A stretch of DNA of 38,968 bases from Pseudobdellovibrionaceae bacterium (GCA_030591685.1 JAUVAX010000021.1:1-38968); one strand, 5' to 3'. Numbered from the stretch's first letter, positions 1-9,121 are shown. Made by a program: numbers and translations. The notes: generated from the sequence alone by a model not told the origin.

Positions 1-1043
1 GGCTGAATTCAAGTTTCTAGTGCAACTCTTAGCGAAATGAAAAAAGGTCACCCATCTAGTACCTATTTTAGTCGCTAAACAAAAAGATAGGAGTTGCACA
101 TGGGCAAATACCAGAGGATGACCTTTGAAGTAAGATGCCAGATACAGGCATATATGCAAGCAGGATATTCAGTCCCGCAAGTTGCTGATTTAGTTGGGTT
201 TAATAAATCAAGCCTGTATCGAGAGCTATCAAGGAATACACCGGGGCTAAGTTATTCCCCAGACAAGGCAACTCGAATAAGCCGTGAGAGAAGAAAAAGA
301 CAAGGTCGTAAGCTAAAAATAAAAGGCCGCCTAGAGGGCATAATTATTGATAAACTCATGCAAGGCTGGAGTCCGGAGCAAATCAAAGGTCGCCTCGCTT
401 CCGAGACTGATCTCATGGTAAGTCCACAAACAGTGTACAGCTATATAGAGCGAAACTCTTGTTTTAAACTTACACTTCGCCGAACTCGCCAACGAGGCCG
501 TGGACGCTACTCACAGAGGAGGAATCGATGGTCTAAAAGGCTTCATATTAGCAAAAGGCCTGAAATCGCAAACAACAGAGGAAGAATAGGAGATTGGGAA
601 AGAGATGCCATGTACGGAGCGAACCGACAACAATTACTTGTGTGTACAGACCGAAGGTCAAAATATACAAAGATATCAAAAATAAAAACTCTTACTTCGA
701 GATGGGTAAGTCTTGAAACAAAAAAACTTTTAATATCAACAGGTAAACCTATTCATACGATAACAAATGATAATGGTACAGAGTTTAGAGGCTGCACAGA
801 CATAGGAGTGCCAATCTACTACTGTACTCCTATGACGCCACAGCAAAGAGGAACTGTTGAAAATACGGTAGGTTTATTAAGGCAATTTATAACTAGAAGA
901 ACCAACTTAAGTTCACTAAATGATGAGCACATACAACAAATAGAAGATTTGATTAACCATCGGCCCAGAAAGGGTCTTGACTACAAGACCCCTTATGAGG
1001 TTTTCTATGGAAAATCTGTCGCACTAGTTTCTTGAATCTGGAC
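1..1043 (+). mobile_element. IS30-family insertion sequence, apparently complete
   Basis: IS30-type transposase flanked by imperfect 26-bp terminal inverted repeats: 1-26 GGCTGAATTCAAGTTTCTAGTGCAAC versus revcomp of 1018-1043 GTCCAGATTCAAGAAACTAGTGCGAC (18/26 identical, ATTCAAG-n3-CTAGTGC core shared). The transposase stop lies inside the right IR. The left flank and TSD are not visible. Confidence 0.92.
100..1035 (+). CDS. IS30-family DDE transposase
   Basis: N-terminal HTH (SVPQVADLVGFNKSSLYRELSRN), WSPEQI motif, DDE motifs GDWERD, TNDNGTEF, QRGTVENTVGLLRQF and the RPRK.L.YKTP.E tail. ATG 100 follows AGGAG; the track's TTG 94 is less likely. Confidence 0.95.
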   Translation: MGKYQRMTFEVRCQIQAYMQAGYSVPQVADLVGFNKSSLYRELSRNTPGLSYSPDKATRISRERRKRQGRKLKIKGRLEGIIIDKLMQGWSPEQIKGRLASETDLMVSPQTVYSYIERNSCFKLTLRRTRQRGRGRYSQRRNRWSKRLHISKRPEIANNRGRIGDWERDAMYGANRQQLLVCTDRRSKYTKISKIKTLTSRWVSLETKKLLISTGKPIHTITNDNGTEFRGCTDIGVPIYYCTPMTPQQRGTVENTVGLLRQFITRRTNLSSLNDEHIQQIEDLINHRPRKGLDYKTPYEVFYGKSVALVS

Positions 1044-1062
1044 GGGCACTTGGTGTAGCTTT

Positions 1063-1086
1063 AAAGCCAAAGCCAAAGCCAAAGCC
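1063..1086. repeat. (AAAGCC)x4 tandem hexamer
   Basis: Four perfect copies about 20 bp right of the IS end. Confidence 0.85.
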
Positions 1087-1261
1087 TACGCGTCATAGTG
1101 TTAAAAGTAAAAAAGCCCAAAGTTAACAAAAATTGAGCTTTAATATTTGTTTAGCCTTTTATGTTTGATCAAAAGTCTATGGCGACTAATTTTGCCTTGA
1201 AGGTCAATTCATTTGGTGTTTCATATATGTTTTGTAGGGGCATGGGTTTTAATTAGGGGTA

Positions 1262-2302
1262 ATGATGGATAATTCTATTGAGAGCGCGCCAGTGGCTACA
1301 TTTAAAGGGTCCCAAGTTGGAGTGGATTATAACTTAATTGCACGTGAATTTTTAAAAGCCCTTCGAGGCGATCTTTCGCAAAGGGATTTAAGTGCACGTC
1401 TAGGGTTTAGTTTTAACCAAGTCGGAAAGTGGGAAAGCGGCCATAAACAAATTAAGTGGACAGATATAGTTAGCGTAATCCAAGAATTAAATATTGATTT
1501 ATTGCACCACTTTCATTGTTTTTTTACATTTATAGATAAGCCGAGAGACATTACAGATATATCAGGGTTGTTAGAGCAAATATGCTCAAACTACCAGGCC
1601 GAAGACAAACGATATGCTGAGCTTGTCAAAAAATGGAAGGCGAGGAGTTCCTCCCCGGGGCTTGTTGATTTTTTACAAATCTTAGATTTTCAATCAGGGA
1701 TGTTGATAGGTTGGATAATGTCATTTGTTGACGTTAATAAAATCGAGAGCCTTTCAGTACGTTACGAAGAATTAATGGTTAGGATTGGCCTAGTTAGGGA
1801 CAACCCTCAGGTGATTTACGTAAACGCAGCACTGCAGTTACAGTCGTATAAACAATTAGATCATCACGACGAGCAAATATTAACTGAACATGCTTGTTGT
1901 ACTATTTCAGACCTAAGAAGAACACTTTTAGATTTAGTAGAGAATAAAATTATTTTTTTTGACGGCAACAAATATCATCCCTGTGGTTTTGACTTTAGCT
2001 TCTCTTCGCTCCGTCATCCAAATCTTAGAAAATTTATTAAATATACAACGCAACTAGCAGGCGAAAAGTTCCCAGAAAAACTAGGGGTTGTCGATTATAG
2101 TAAAATAAAAAATGCCGCCCGTGCCTCAGCGCATGTGACAGCTCTCTCGTCATCAGCGTCGTATAAAATCGACAAGCTTTTATCAAAATTTCATAATCAG
2201 GTCCAAGATATAGTCAAAAAAGATAAAGAACAAAAAGACCACGTTCAGATAATGATTTTTCATAGTTTTGCCTCAAATATAGCAGACAAATCAGAGCTTT
2301 AG
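1262..2302 (+). CDS. XRE-HTH / DUF4423 (TIGR02147-like) putative transcriptional regulator
   Basis: N-terminal XRE HTH (LKALRGDLSQRDLSARLGFSFNQVGKWESG). C-terminal winged helix plus a DUF4423-like tail (VTALS...KIDKLLSKFHNQV...HVQIMIFHSF). Confidence 0.75.
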   Translation: MMDNSIESAPVATFKGSQVGVDYNLIAREFLKALRGDLSQRDLSARLGFSFNQVGKWESGHKQIKWTDIVSVIQELNIDLLHHFHCFFTFIDKPRDITDISGLLEQICSNYQAEDKRYAELVKKWKARSSSPGLVDFLQILDFQSGMLIGWIMSFVDVNKIESLSVRYEELMVRIGLVRDNPQVIYVNAALQLQSYKQLDHHDEQILTEHACCTISDLRRTLLDLVENKIIFFDGNKYHPCGFDFSFSSLRHPNLRKFIKYTTQLAGEKFPEKLGVVDYSKIKNAARASAHVTALSSSASYKIDKLLSKFHNQVQDIVKKDKEQKDHVQIMIFHSFASNIADKSEL

Positions 2303-2322
2303 GTTTTTAAAAGTAAAAATTC

Positions 2323-3474
2323 TTAGGGCCTTTTTTGGGAGTTTGAGATATCTAAAGTGACCTCAGAGATTTGTTTTTTGGGGGCACGCAAAAGGACTTT
2401 GTCAGTGCTGGGCAGTCCTACACGAAACATCCATGTCGGGGTTTCGTTGTCGTCCCAGTTAAAATATTTTTTTAAACCCCTGTGGTTTTTTTTAAAAAGA
2501 TTAATAAATTTTGAGCTCATAATTTTGGGTGGTGCTTTGCTGGCAGTAGCGGTGACGCCAAAAGGTGTTATGGTCATGGGCTGCGCACTGATGCCCTCTT
2601 TAGTCAAATTTAACCAAAAATAAAAGCAACGGTGCCCGGTATTAATAAAGGCCTCTGTTGATAGATCTTTTTGGGTAAAAAACACTAGCTGACCCGTGTT
2701 TTTTAAAATGAAACGGGTTTTTAAACGGGACATGGTTTTCAAGTAAAGGGGCCAAATAATGTTTACAAGCCAAGGAAACCTTCGAAGAAGTCTTAACTGC
2801 ATATTTTCAGAGAAGCTTAAATTTAAGTTGGGGGCCGTTAAACCCTGGGTCGCAGTTATGATTTCTTTTTTTGTGAGTTTAAAGGTTTCAACAATATCCT
2901 TAAACACTTGTGGTGTTTTGAAAAGGTAGTCTTCACTAGTTGCGATAATGCGATTGATTTTAGCGCTAGGGTTGGCAAAGTAAAACTCGCCATTACTAAT
3001 TTTAGGGTGAGACGTTAACGACAAGAGCTTTTTAGAAAGCTCTTGCGATGGGCTTTTAAAGCTTCTTCGGTCCGTGAAGCGATCATGTAGCGCCCTTACC
3101 AAGGGGCTGAGAGTTCGTTTTTTAGAAAAAAACTTCACAGTAAGCCACGGGAGAGCTTCGTTTGAATAGTCCTTAGAGAGTTGACGGATCGGAGACATAT
3201 TCATTTTTGAAGTTTCGATATTAAGAGCCTCAATGAGGCAGCCAAGAGAAAAAAACGAACCTTGGTTATTATAATTTAAAGCATGTCTTCCGAGTGCATC
3301 TAGGTGGTAAACTTCTAATACGTTTTCAATCCACTTAAAACGAAAGGGCTGTGCGTTGTCCCCAGTAGGGATACATTGGGCGGCGGTGATTATGGCTGTA
3401 CGCTGCTCATCAGTAAGTGAGCAAGGCGTGAGTTCTAAATTAATAGACGCATTACTTTGCATTACTTGTGACAT
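2323..3474 (-). CDS. Nitroreductase-like (Acg-type) FMN-binding oxidoreductase
   Basis: AAQCIPTGDNAQPFRF (cf. APSxxNxQPWxF), R.TDRRSF, G..WLNLTKEGISAQPM and MFRVG motifs. Strong RBS GGGGAG precedes the ATG. Confidence 0.8.
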   Translation of the reverse strand: MSQVMQSNASINLELTPCSLTDEQRTAIITAAQCIPTGDNAQPFRFKWIENVLEVYHLDALGRHALNYNNQGSFFSLGCLIEALNIETSKMNMSPIRQLSKDYSNEALPWLTVKFFSKKRTLSPLVRALHDRFTDRRSFKSPSQELSKKLLSLTSHPKISNGEFYFANPSAKINRIIATSEDYLFKTPQVFKDIVETFKLTKKEIITATQGLTAPNLNLSFSENMQLRLLRRFPWLVNIIWPLYLKTMSRLKTRFILKNTGQLVFFTQKDLSTEAFINTGHRCFYFWLNLTKEGISAQPMTITPFGVTATASKAPPKIMSSKFINLFKKNHRGLKKYFNWDDNETPTWMFRVGLPSTDKVLLRAPKKQISEVTLDISNSQKRP

Positions 3475-3870
3475 AACTCCCCCTCAATCTAATGGTAGCC
3501 TAATGCACTCCTCGATAACTGGTAATTTACTTAATGTTTCCATATTTGCTATGGCAGTGGTTAGAAATAGAGACATTCAATCGTGTTACTTTTAAGTTAA
3601 GATCTTGCAAGGGTGGGGCCAGATAGCACAATAAATGCTCCTGTAAGTATTCGAATATATAAAGTATTTTATGGTTAATAAATTTTGAATCAGATTCGTA
3701 CGTATAACTACAACGTAATGATAAAAATTTGTACAGACAGTCGTCTCGTTTTGGTATTTTTATGTGCTCAACTCAACGGTGTCCATATCAAGGGGTAGGT
3801 TGATGCTTATTATGGGGCCTCTTATAGGTAAGGCACATTGTAATTTAGATATGGCAATAATTAGGGGGTG

Positions 3871-3892
3871 ACTATGAGTAGTAACTCATAGT
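3871..3892. promoter_or_regulatory. Perfect 9-bp inverted repeat, putative operator
   Basis: ACTATGAGT-AGTA-ACTCATAGT in the 625-bp divergent intergenic region. Confidence 0.4.
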
Positions 3893-4099
3893 TTACAAGG
3901 CATTTAGTAACACGCGGGTTTGAGAGGTGTAACTGTTCAGATTCAAACGGCCATCGCAACGCCTCTTATAGTACTTCTTCGGCGGGCGACCTGTAGTCTG
4001 GGGTTTTTTAAGCGTAGATAATGCCTTGAGTCCGAAGATCAGTGCTGAGTTTATAATGGTTGCTTCACAATGAGGCCTATTGATAGGATTTTATGAGTT

Positions 4100-4951
4100 A
4101 TGAAACCAAGTATCTATGAGCATACAAATTACCGCACCTATTTGCAGGCCTTTGTCAGTTTTAAAAAAGCCAAGCAGCCTCAGTGGACCTACGGTCAGTG
4201 GGCAAAGGCTTTAGGTTTAAAGGCGACAACATCTATTACTATGGTGCTCAATGGTCAAAGGCAACCCGGTGAAGGGTTAGCTCGATCATTAGCCTTGTAC
4301 TTTAAATTCGATGAGAACGAGCAACACTATTTTTACAACTTGATTCAACTTTCTAAGGCAGGGACCGAGAGTCACCTCAAGGAAATTTTAAAAAAAGAAA
4401 TCACCCTTCACGCCGCTAGAGAGTCAAAAGACGTTCTTGATCCCAACGTATTTACAATGATTTCTAATTGGTATTATTTAGCCATTCGCCAAATGGCAAA
4501 GACTCCCTATTTTAACCCCAGCGCTAAATGGATTGTTAATTCACTTCGGTTTTCAATCACTGAAAAAACCGCTGAACATGCGGTGAGGACGTTAAAAAAA
4601 TTAAAACTACTGGCTGTAGACAAAAACGGAAACATAACCCTAAGCAAGGCCCCTGTTTCTACTGAAAACGATGTGGCCAGAGAGGCCTATAAGATTTATC
4701 ACGAAGAGGTCACGAAGCTGGCATTAAAAGCCATTCGAACAATACCCGTTCATGAAAGGCAATTTAGAGCCCTGACCCTGCCTATATCAAAAAATCAATT
4801 GCCACAGGCTAAAGAGTTAATCCAAAAATTTGCAGATGATTTTGATAAACTGTTGTACTGCTCTGAAGGGGGTGAGATTTATCATTTAAACCTTCAACTG
4901 TTCCCTGTGGCCAGTTTAAACAATGATCAAAAAGGGGCCAAAGAGCTATGA
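4100..4951 (+). CDS. TIGR02147 family (DUF4423) HTH protein
   Basis: Family-typical pattern: IYEHTNYRTYL, WTYGQWAKALGLK, VLNGQR, SNWYYLAIRQM, ERQFRALTLPI, IYHLNLQLFP. Confidence 0.9.
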   Translation: MKPSIYEHTNYRTYLQAFVSFKKAKQPQWTYGQWAKALGLKATTSITMVLNGQRQPGEGLARSLALYFKFDENEQHYFYNLIQLSKAGTESHLKEILKKEITLHAARESKDVLDPNVFTMISNWYYLAIRQMAKTPYFNPSAKWIVNSLRFSITEKTAEHAVRTLKKLKLLAVDKNGNITLSKAPVSTENDVAREAYKIYHEEVTKLALKAIRTIPVHERQFRALTLPISKNQLPQAKELIQKFADDFDKLLYCSEGGEIYHLNLQLFPVASLNNDQKGAKEL

Positions 4952-5982
4952 ATATTATATTAAAAGTATTTATATTTATTATGATGCCACTGATGGTTTT
5001 TTCAAGTGAGGGGGGCGATCAGGTAGGTAATGGCGGTGGCCTCGGGGAGCAGAATGTTTACTACGGGTTTATAAATCTAAAAAATATTTATCTTTTCTGC
5101 TTGAAATCAGATCAATGTTTGTCTAATAAAAAAGAGAAAGCTCTGCTTACAAAAATTTATAATTCACTAGATCAAGAGTATAAAGGAACAGGTATATTAA
5201 GGTTTCTATCAGGTCATGATCGACCAGATATATTTAAAATTAATGGTCAATTCAAAGCTGCAGTGACGGGCAACAAGGTTGGCGATATAATTTATATAAA
5301 CACAGATCGTTTGTATAAAAAAAATCATCAAGGGTATGTTGAGCCTGTTGGCATTGGTTCTGCGATGGGCCTTTTGACCCACGAGCTTGGGCACCATCAC
5401 AATATTTTGGAACATGACTTTTTAGAACTACTAGGCTCTCGAATTAGAGCATTTTCAACTTTTTCAATGACCCAGCTTTATGTTGATAACTATCTTGATG
5501 GAACAAATATACGATCCCCACTTTTAAAATTAACAGGTATTCATAAGCAGCTCATAACAGGGCGTTATTTAGATGGCGCGCAAAGTTCATTGTTATTTGC
5601 CGATGAAAATTTTTTACATGACTTAACCCCATGGGTTAGTGATGCAGTTAGTGTTTGCCCTCGTTTTCGAAACAACCCTGCAAGTAAAAACATAGGTTAT
5701 CGGTTATTTGATATTAAATGGGGTGATATGTATTATAGGGACGGCAGTGAGGCACACCGTACTTACGTAATTACCTCAAGGGTTGAACTTTTTTGTGAAG
5801 ATAACGTTGATACAAGTTATCCAGTTAGATTTGATACCTCTCGTAAGTTAATCATTAAACTACCCATTGAATATACGTATAAAAGAAACTCTGGAGTGTT
5901 GAATTCATATTGGGGCCTGAGGAGAGGGCTTATCCAGGTAAAGTTTGCTTCAGATGAGTTAAAGTTGGGACCCTTTTTTTAG
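4948..5982 (+). CDS. Secreted protein with N-terminal GGxxxGNGG motif and HExxH (putative zincin-like metallopeptidase)
   Basis: Signal peptide (MNIILKVFIFIMMPLMVFS) followed by SEGGDQVGNGGG; LLTHELGHHH at ~5371-5400; ATGA overlap with the upstream gene. Confidence 0.65.
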   Translation: MNIILKVFIFIMMPLMVFSSEGGDQVGNGGGLGEQNVYYGFINLKNIYLFCLKSDQCLSNKKEKALLTKIYNSLDQEYKGTGILRFLSGHDRPDIFKINGQFKAAVTGNKVGDIIYINTDRLYKKNHQGYVEPVGIGSAMGLLTHELGHHHNILEHDFLELLGSRIRAFSTFSMTQLYVDNYLDGTNIRSPLLKLTGIHKQLITGRYLDGAQSSLLFADENFLHDLTPWVSDAVSVCPRFRNNPASKNIGYRLFDIKWGDMYYRDGSEAHRTYVITSRVELFCEDNVDTSYPVRFDTSRKLIIKLPIEYTYKRNSGVLNSYWGLRRGLIQVKFASDELKLGPFF

Positions 5983-6634
5983 AAATAAGCTTTGCTGGCA
6001 CACCCCCCCAAATTTCACCAGGGCCTATGTGAGTGCCCTTTAACACGACAGCGTTCGCTGAGACCAGGGCGTCGTCATCAATCACGACTCCTTGAAATAC
6101 AATTGCTCCCGCACCAATGGTGACGTTATTGCCAATTTTTATTCGTTGATAGGAGAGGTGACTGTTCTCTAGCGCATGAGGTATAAGGGCGGCTTGGTGA
6201 CCCACAATACAGTCTTCACCAATCTCAACAAAAAGGCCATCTTGTACAGACCCTGAACTATATGAGTTTCGCCCCATCTTAGTGCCCAGGCCAAGTAAAA
6301 TGAGTTTTGATATGGGGAGAGGTAAAACATGACTTTTTAGAACAGGTATAAAAAAAACAAGATAAAACAGGAGGTGAATATGGTGAGAAAACTCCTCTTT
6401 AGAGTTTACCCGAATATTACCCGTAGGGATGGGCCAGAAAAATAGAAAAGTACGATATGTTATGATTGAAAATATAAAACTAAGTATAAGAGTAAGGAGA
6501 ACTGTTGCTATTGGCCGATACATGCCAAGCTCCAACTGACTGAGCCCTAATAAAGTAAGTGTAATGCCACCTAAAATAATAGCTGTGGACATAAATAAAA
6601 AGCATACTATTTGTAATAAACTAACCTTTCTCAC
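5930..6634 (-). CDS. Membrane-anchored hexapeptide-repeat (left-handed beta-helix) acyltransferase-like protein
   Basis: N-terminal TM helices, then VEIGEDCIVG, IKIGNNVTIGAGAIVFQGVVIDDDALV and the terminal WGGVPAK motif. GTG start with AAGAGG RBS. Confidence 0.85.
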   Translation of the reverse strand: MRKVSLLQIVCFLFMSTAIILGGITLTLLGLSQLELGMYRPIATVLLTLILSFIFSIITYRTFLFFWPIPTGNIRVNSKEEFSHHIHLLFYLVFFIPVLKSHVLPLPISKLILLGLGTKMGRNSYSSGSVQDGLFVEIGEDCIVGHQAALIPHALENSHLSYQRIKIGNNVTIGAGAIVFQGVVIDDDALVSANAVVLKGTHIGPGEIWGGVPAKLISKKRVPTLTHLKQTLPG

Positions 6635-6726
6635 CTTAGACCTCTTAATTTATAAAGCTTATATGAGCACTCACTAATATTGTATTGTAAGGTTTAGGTT
6701 TATAACAGCGACCAGACATAAAAACC

Positions 6727-6744
6727 GTGAGCAGGTGTGCTCAC
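6727..6744. promoter_or_regulatory. 7-bp inverted repeat, putative operator
   Basis: GTGAGCA-GGTG-TGCTCAC about 95 bp upstream of the LbH gene start. Confidence 0.3.
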
Positions 6745-6854
6745 AAGAGTGATCTTAATAGTTTAAACTACATAATTTAATGCGTAAGGTATACAGCACC
6801 GTTGACCTGAGCCCTCTTTAAAAGAAAAAAATAAGCAGTGCCAGGGCCGCTGAC

Positions 6855-7310
6855 CTACTGGGCGTTATTATGGTCTATGGCCATTTGAATACAGTTTGGG
6901 ATATAGTCTTTAGAAACTTGTTTAAAAACCCCATTTTGTGAATAAATATGTTTATAAAAGTATGAGTTGCTACATATTGATAAGATCAAACTTTCGTGCC
7001 TGTTACTGAGCGCCCTTCTTAAAGAGTCATTCATTAACGTACAGTTTTCGGGAGTGGGCATATATAAATGCAAGACCCTTTTGGATTGACCATTCTCCAT
7101 ATTAGTAGAGTTGATATTTAGGTATTGAGAAACACAGGACACTGAGTATTTATAGCTCTCATCAGGCTCAGACCCACCGCCACTCATGCGCCTTGAGACC
7201 TCATTAAGTAACTGGCGGTCGGAGGCTTCTCGCAAGCACCTCTGACCATTGTTAGCAAAAAGAGTTTGAGTTAAAAATAAAGTAAAAACTAAAATTAAAA
7301 GGCTTCTCAT
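6855..7310 (-). CDS. Hypothetical secreted protein (Cys-containing)
   Basis: Signal peptide ending TLFA; RBS GGGGAGGGG; no recognisable family. Confidence 0.75.
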   Translation of the reverse strand: MRSLLILVFTLFLTQTLFANNGQRCLREASDRQLLNEVSRRMSGGGSEPDESYKYSVSCVSQYLNINSTNMENGQSKRVLHLYMPTPENCTLMNDSLRRALSNRHESLILSICSNSYFYKHIYSQNGVFKQVSKDYIPNCIQMAIDHNNAQ

Positions 7311-7582
7311 CGGTATCCCCTCCCCAAAGGTCAGTGCTTTAAGTTAAATTTTTATCACAAATTTTAAGGCCAATACAATTTAATATTTACTTTAATGACC
7401 TCTCGCCACTAATGTCTGCTTGTTTTTAGGTCATATTTGTTGCCAAGTCGCTAGAGAGAGGCCTGAAGGCATCAGCGTCTGAGTGGGACTTTTTTTTATG
7501 GATTATTGTTGTTATGGGGTACCATGTGACAGAGATCATGGATTAAAGATAATATTTATTTTTACAAATGAGGTTTGATTTT

Positions 7583-8245
7583 ATGCTTATCGGTCACTTT
7601 GCTGTTGGTATGTGCGCTAAAAAGGCGAGCCCCAGCGTAAACTTAGCTGTTTTTTTTATAGCCGCACTTTTTGTAGACTTAATATTTCCGATATTTGTAT
7701 TATTAGATATTGAGCATGTTTCAATAGATCACTCTATAACCCCGGTAGTGCCGTTTAACCTTTCACACTACCCCTATTCACATAGCCTTCTTATGTCCGT
7801 TGTTTATAGTTTATTGGCTTTTATATTGTGTACTAAGTGGTTTAAATCTAAAAAAATTAGTTTTATAGTCGGACTCTCTATATTTTCTCATTGGATTTTA
7901 GATTTTATAACTCATGTGCCGGACCTCCCCATCACATTTGGTGACTATAAAGTAGGCCTAGGGTTATGGAACAGTATTTGGGGTACAATTATTATTGAAG
8001 GCAGTCTATTTATTATAGGTGTTTATTTTTATCTAAAAAGTAAACCTGGATTTAATAAAAAAAGAAATATTATTTTCTGGAGTATGATTTCTCTATTATT
8101 AGTGGCTTATTTTTGGGGGATATTTGGCCCCAAGCCGCCAGAAAATATTCCTGAAAGCGCCATCGCCTGGGCGGGGTTTTCTATATGGATTATTGTTATC
8201 ATGGGGTACTTTGCAGATAAAAAAGAAACCTCTAAGCTAACGTAG
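7583..8245 (+). CDS. Inner-membrane metal-dependent hydrolase-like protein (YdjM/DUF457-like)
   Basis: MLIGHFAVG start, D-L-I-F-P, YPYSHSL, SHWILDFITH, GLGLW motifs and multiple TM helices. The second ATG (7583) matches the family start. Confidence 0.8.
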   Translation: MLIGHFAVGMCAKKASPSVNLAVFFIAALFVDLIFPIFVLLDIEHVSIDHSITPVVPFNLSHYPYSHSLLMSVVYSLLAFILCTKWFKSKKISFIVGLSIFSHWILDFITHVPDLPITFGDYKVGLGLWNSIWGTIIIEGSLFIIGVYFYLKSKPGFNKKRNIIFWSMISLLLVAYFWGIFGPKPPENIPESAIAWAGFSIWIIVIMGYFADKKETSKLT

Positions 8246-9121
8246 TTTTAGAGACTTTAAATAAGTAATAAGGCCCTTAGGGTCATCAGTTATAATGGCG
8301 TCGACCCCAATTTTTATTAAGTAGTCCCATGACGGCTTGTTGTTCGCCGTCCAGGGGGCAACGAGGACCCCGTTTTTATGCAAACGTTTGACCATACCTT
8401 TAGTAATCCAATACTGATTTGGCGATATATAATCGGCATCAATGGCTTTTGCCGCCGCAACTAAGTCCACCATAGACTCGTGGGTGAGTTGGCTAATTTT
8501 AATTTTGGGCTCTAATTTTTTGACCCACTTAAGGGTTCGATAATCAAAAGATTGCACGATGACTCTTTTGCTCATGCCGTGGCGCTTTATTTCATGAACG
8601 AGTAGCTTGGCAAAATCTTTTGGCGAGGGGCTTAAGTGCGGTATAGAGGGTTTAATTTTTGTTTCAATATTAAACTGTACCGTTTTTGCAGTATTTAGCT
8701 TTGAGTTTTTTACTAAATCAAAGACCTCAGAAAGTGTGGGTATTTTTTGCCCAGGTTGCTTTACTTGATTTTTAAATCGAGGGTTTATGAGGCTTCCGCA
8801 ATCATAAGTTTTAATTTGCTTGAGCGTCAGGCCCCTAATAGCAACGGGAGCTTTAAAACGCTTTTTTTGATCATCCAGGCAAATAACGGGGTCAACAAAC
8901 GGGTCATGTGAAACCACAAGCTTGTTATCTTTAGTTACAGCGAGGTCAAGCTCTATAAAATCAACCCCAACATCAAGGGCGTAGCTAAAGGCCGATAAAG
9001 TGTTTTCGGGGCGAACGGCCCTGGCTCCTCTGTGTCCGTGGACACTGATTTTTGCAGCAGCATTAAAGTTTATAGTTAGCAAAAAAAAGGTGCAAAACAT
9101 AATAGTTTTAATTTGTTTCAT
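8237..9121 (-). CDS. glpQ: Glycerophosphodiester phosphodiesterase (GDPD, GlpQ/UgpQ family), exported
   Basis: GHRGARAVRPENTL, IELDL..TKD..LVVSHD, NIETK, QSFD, WTAN, GVDAIITDDP; signal peptide; ATGA overlap with the upstream MFS gene. Confidence 0.92.
   Translation of the reverse strand: MKQIKTIMFCTFFLLTINFNAAAKISVHGHRGARAVRPENTLSAFSYALDVGVDFIELDLAVTKDNKLVVSHDPFVDPVICLDDQKKRFKAPVAIRGLTLKQIKTYDCGSLINPRFKNQVKQPGQKIPTLSEVFDLVKNSKLNTAKTVQFNIETKIKPSIPHLSPSPKDFAKLLVHEIKRHGMSKRVIVQSFDYRTLKWVKKLEPKIKISQLTHESMVDLVAAAKAIDADYISPNQYWITKGMVKRLHKNGVLVAPWTANNKPSWDYLIKIGVDAIITDDPKGLITYLKSLKLR

Noticed and set aside
1063..1096. Minus-strand mini-ORF MTRRLWLWLWL arising from the (AAAGCC)4 repeat, a possible Trp/Leu leader peptide
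   Set aside because: No RBS, no attenuator hairpins, and it points into the IS; best explained as a microsatellite
3874..3891. RBS-like GGGGGTG followed by ATG AGT AGT AAC TCA TAG
   Set aside because: Only five codons and coincident with the palindrome; no support for translation
7429..7446. Sigma54-like TGGCAACAAATATGAC upstream of the 151-aa secreted gene
   Set aside because: The -12 element reads GA rather than the near-invariant GC
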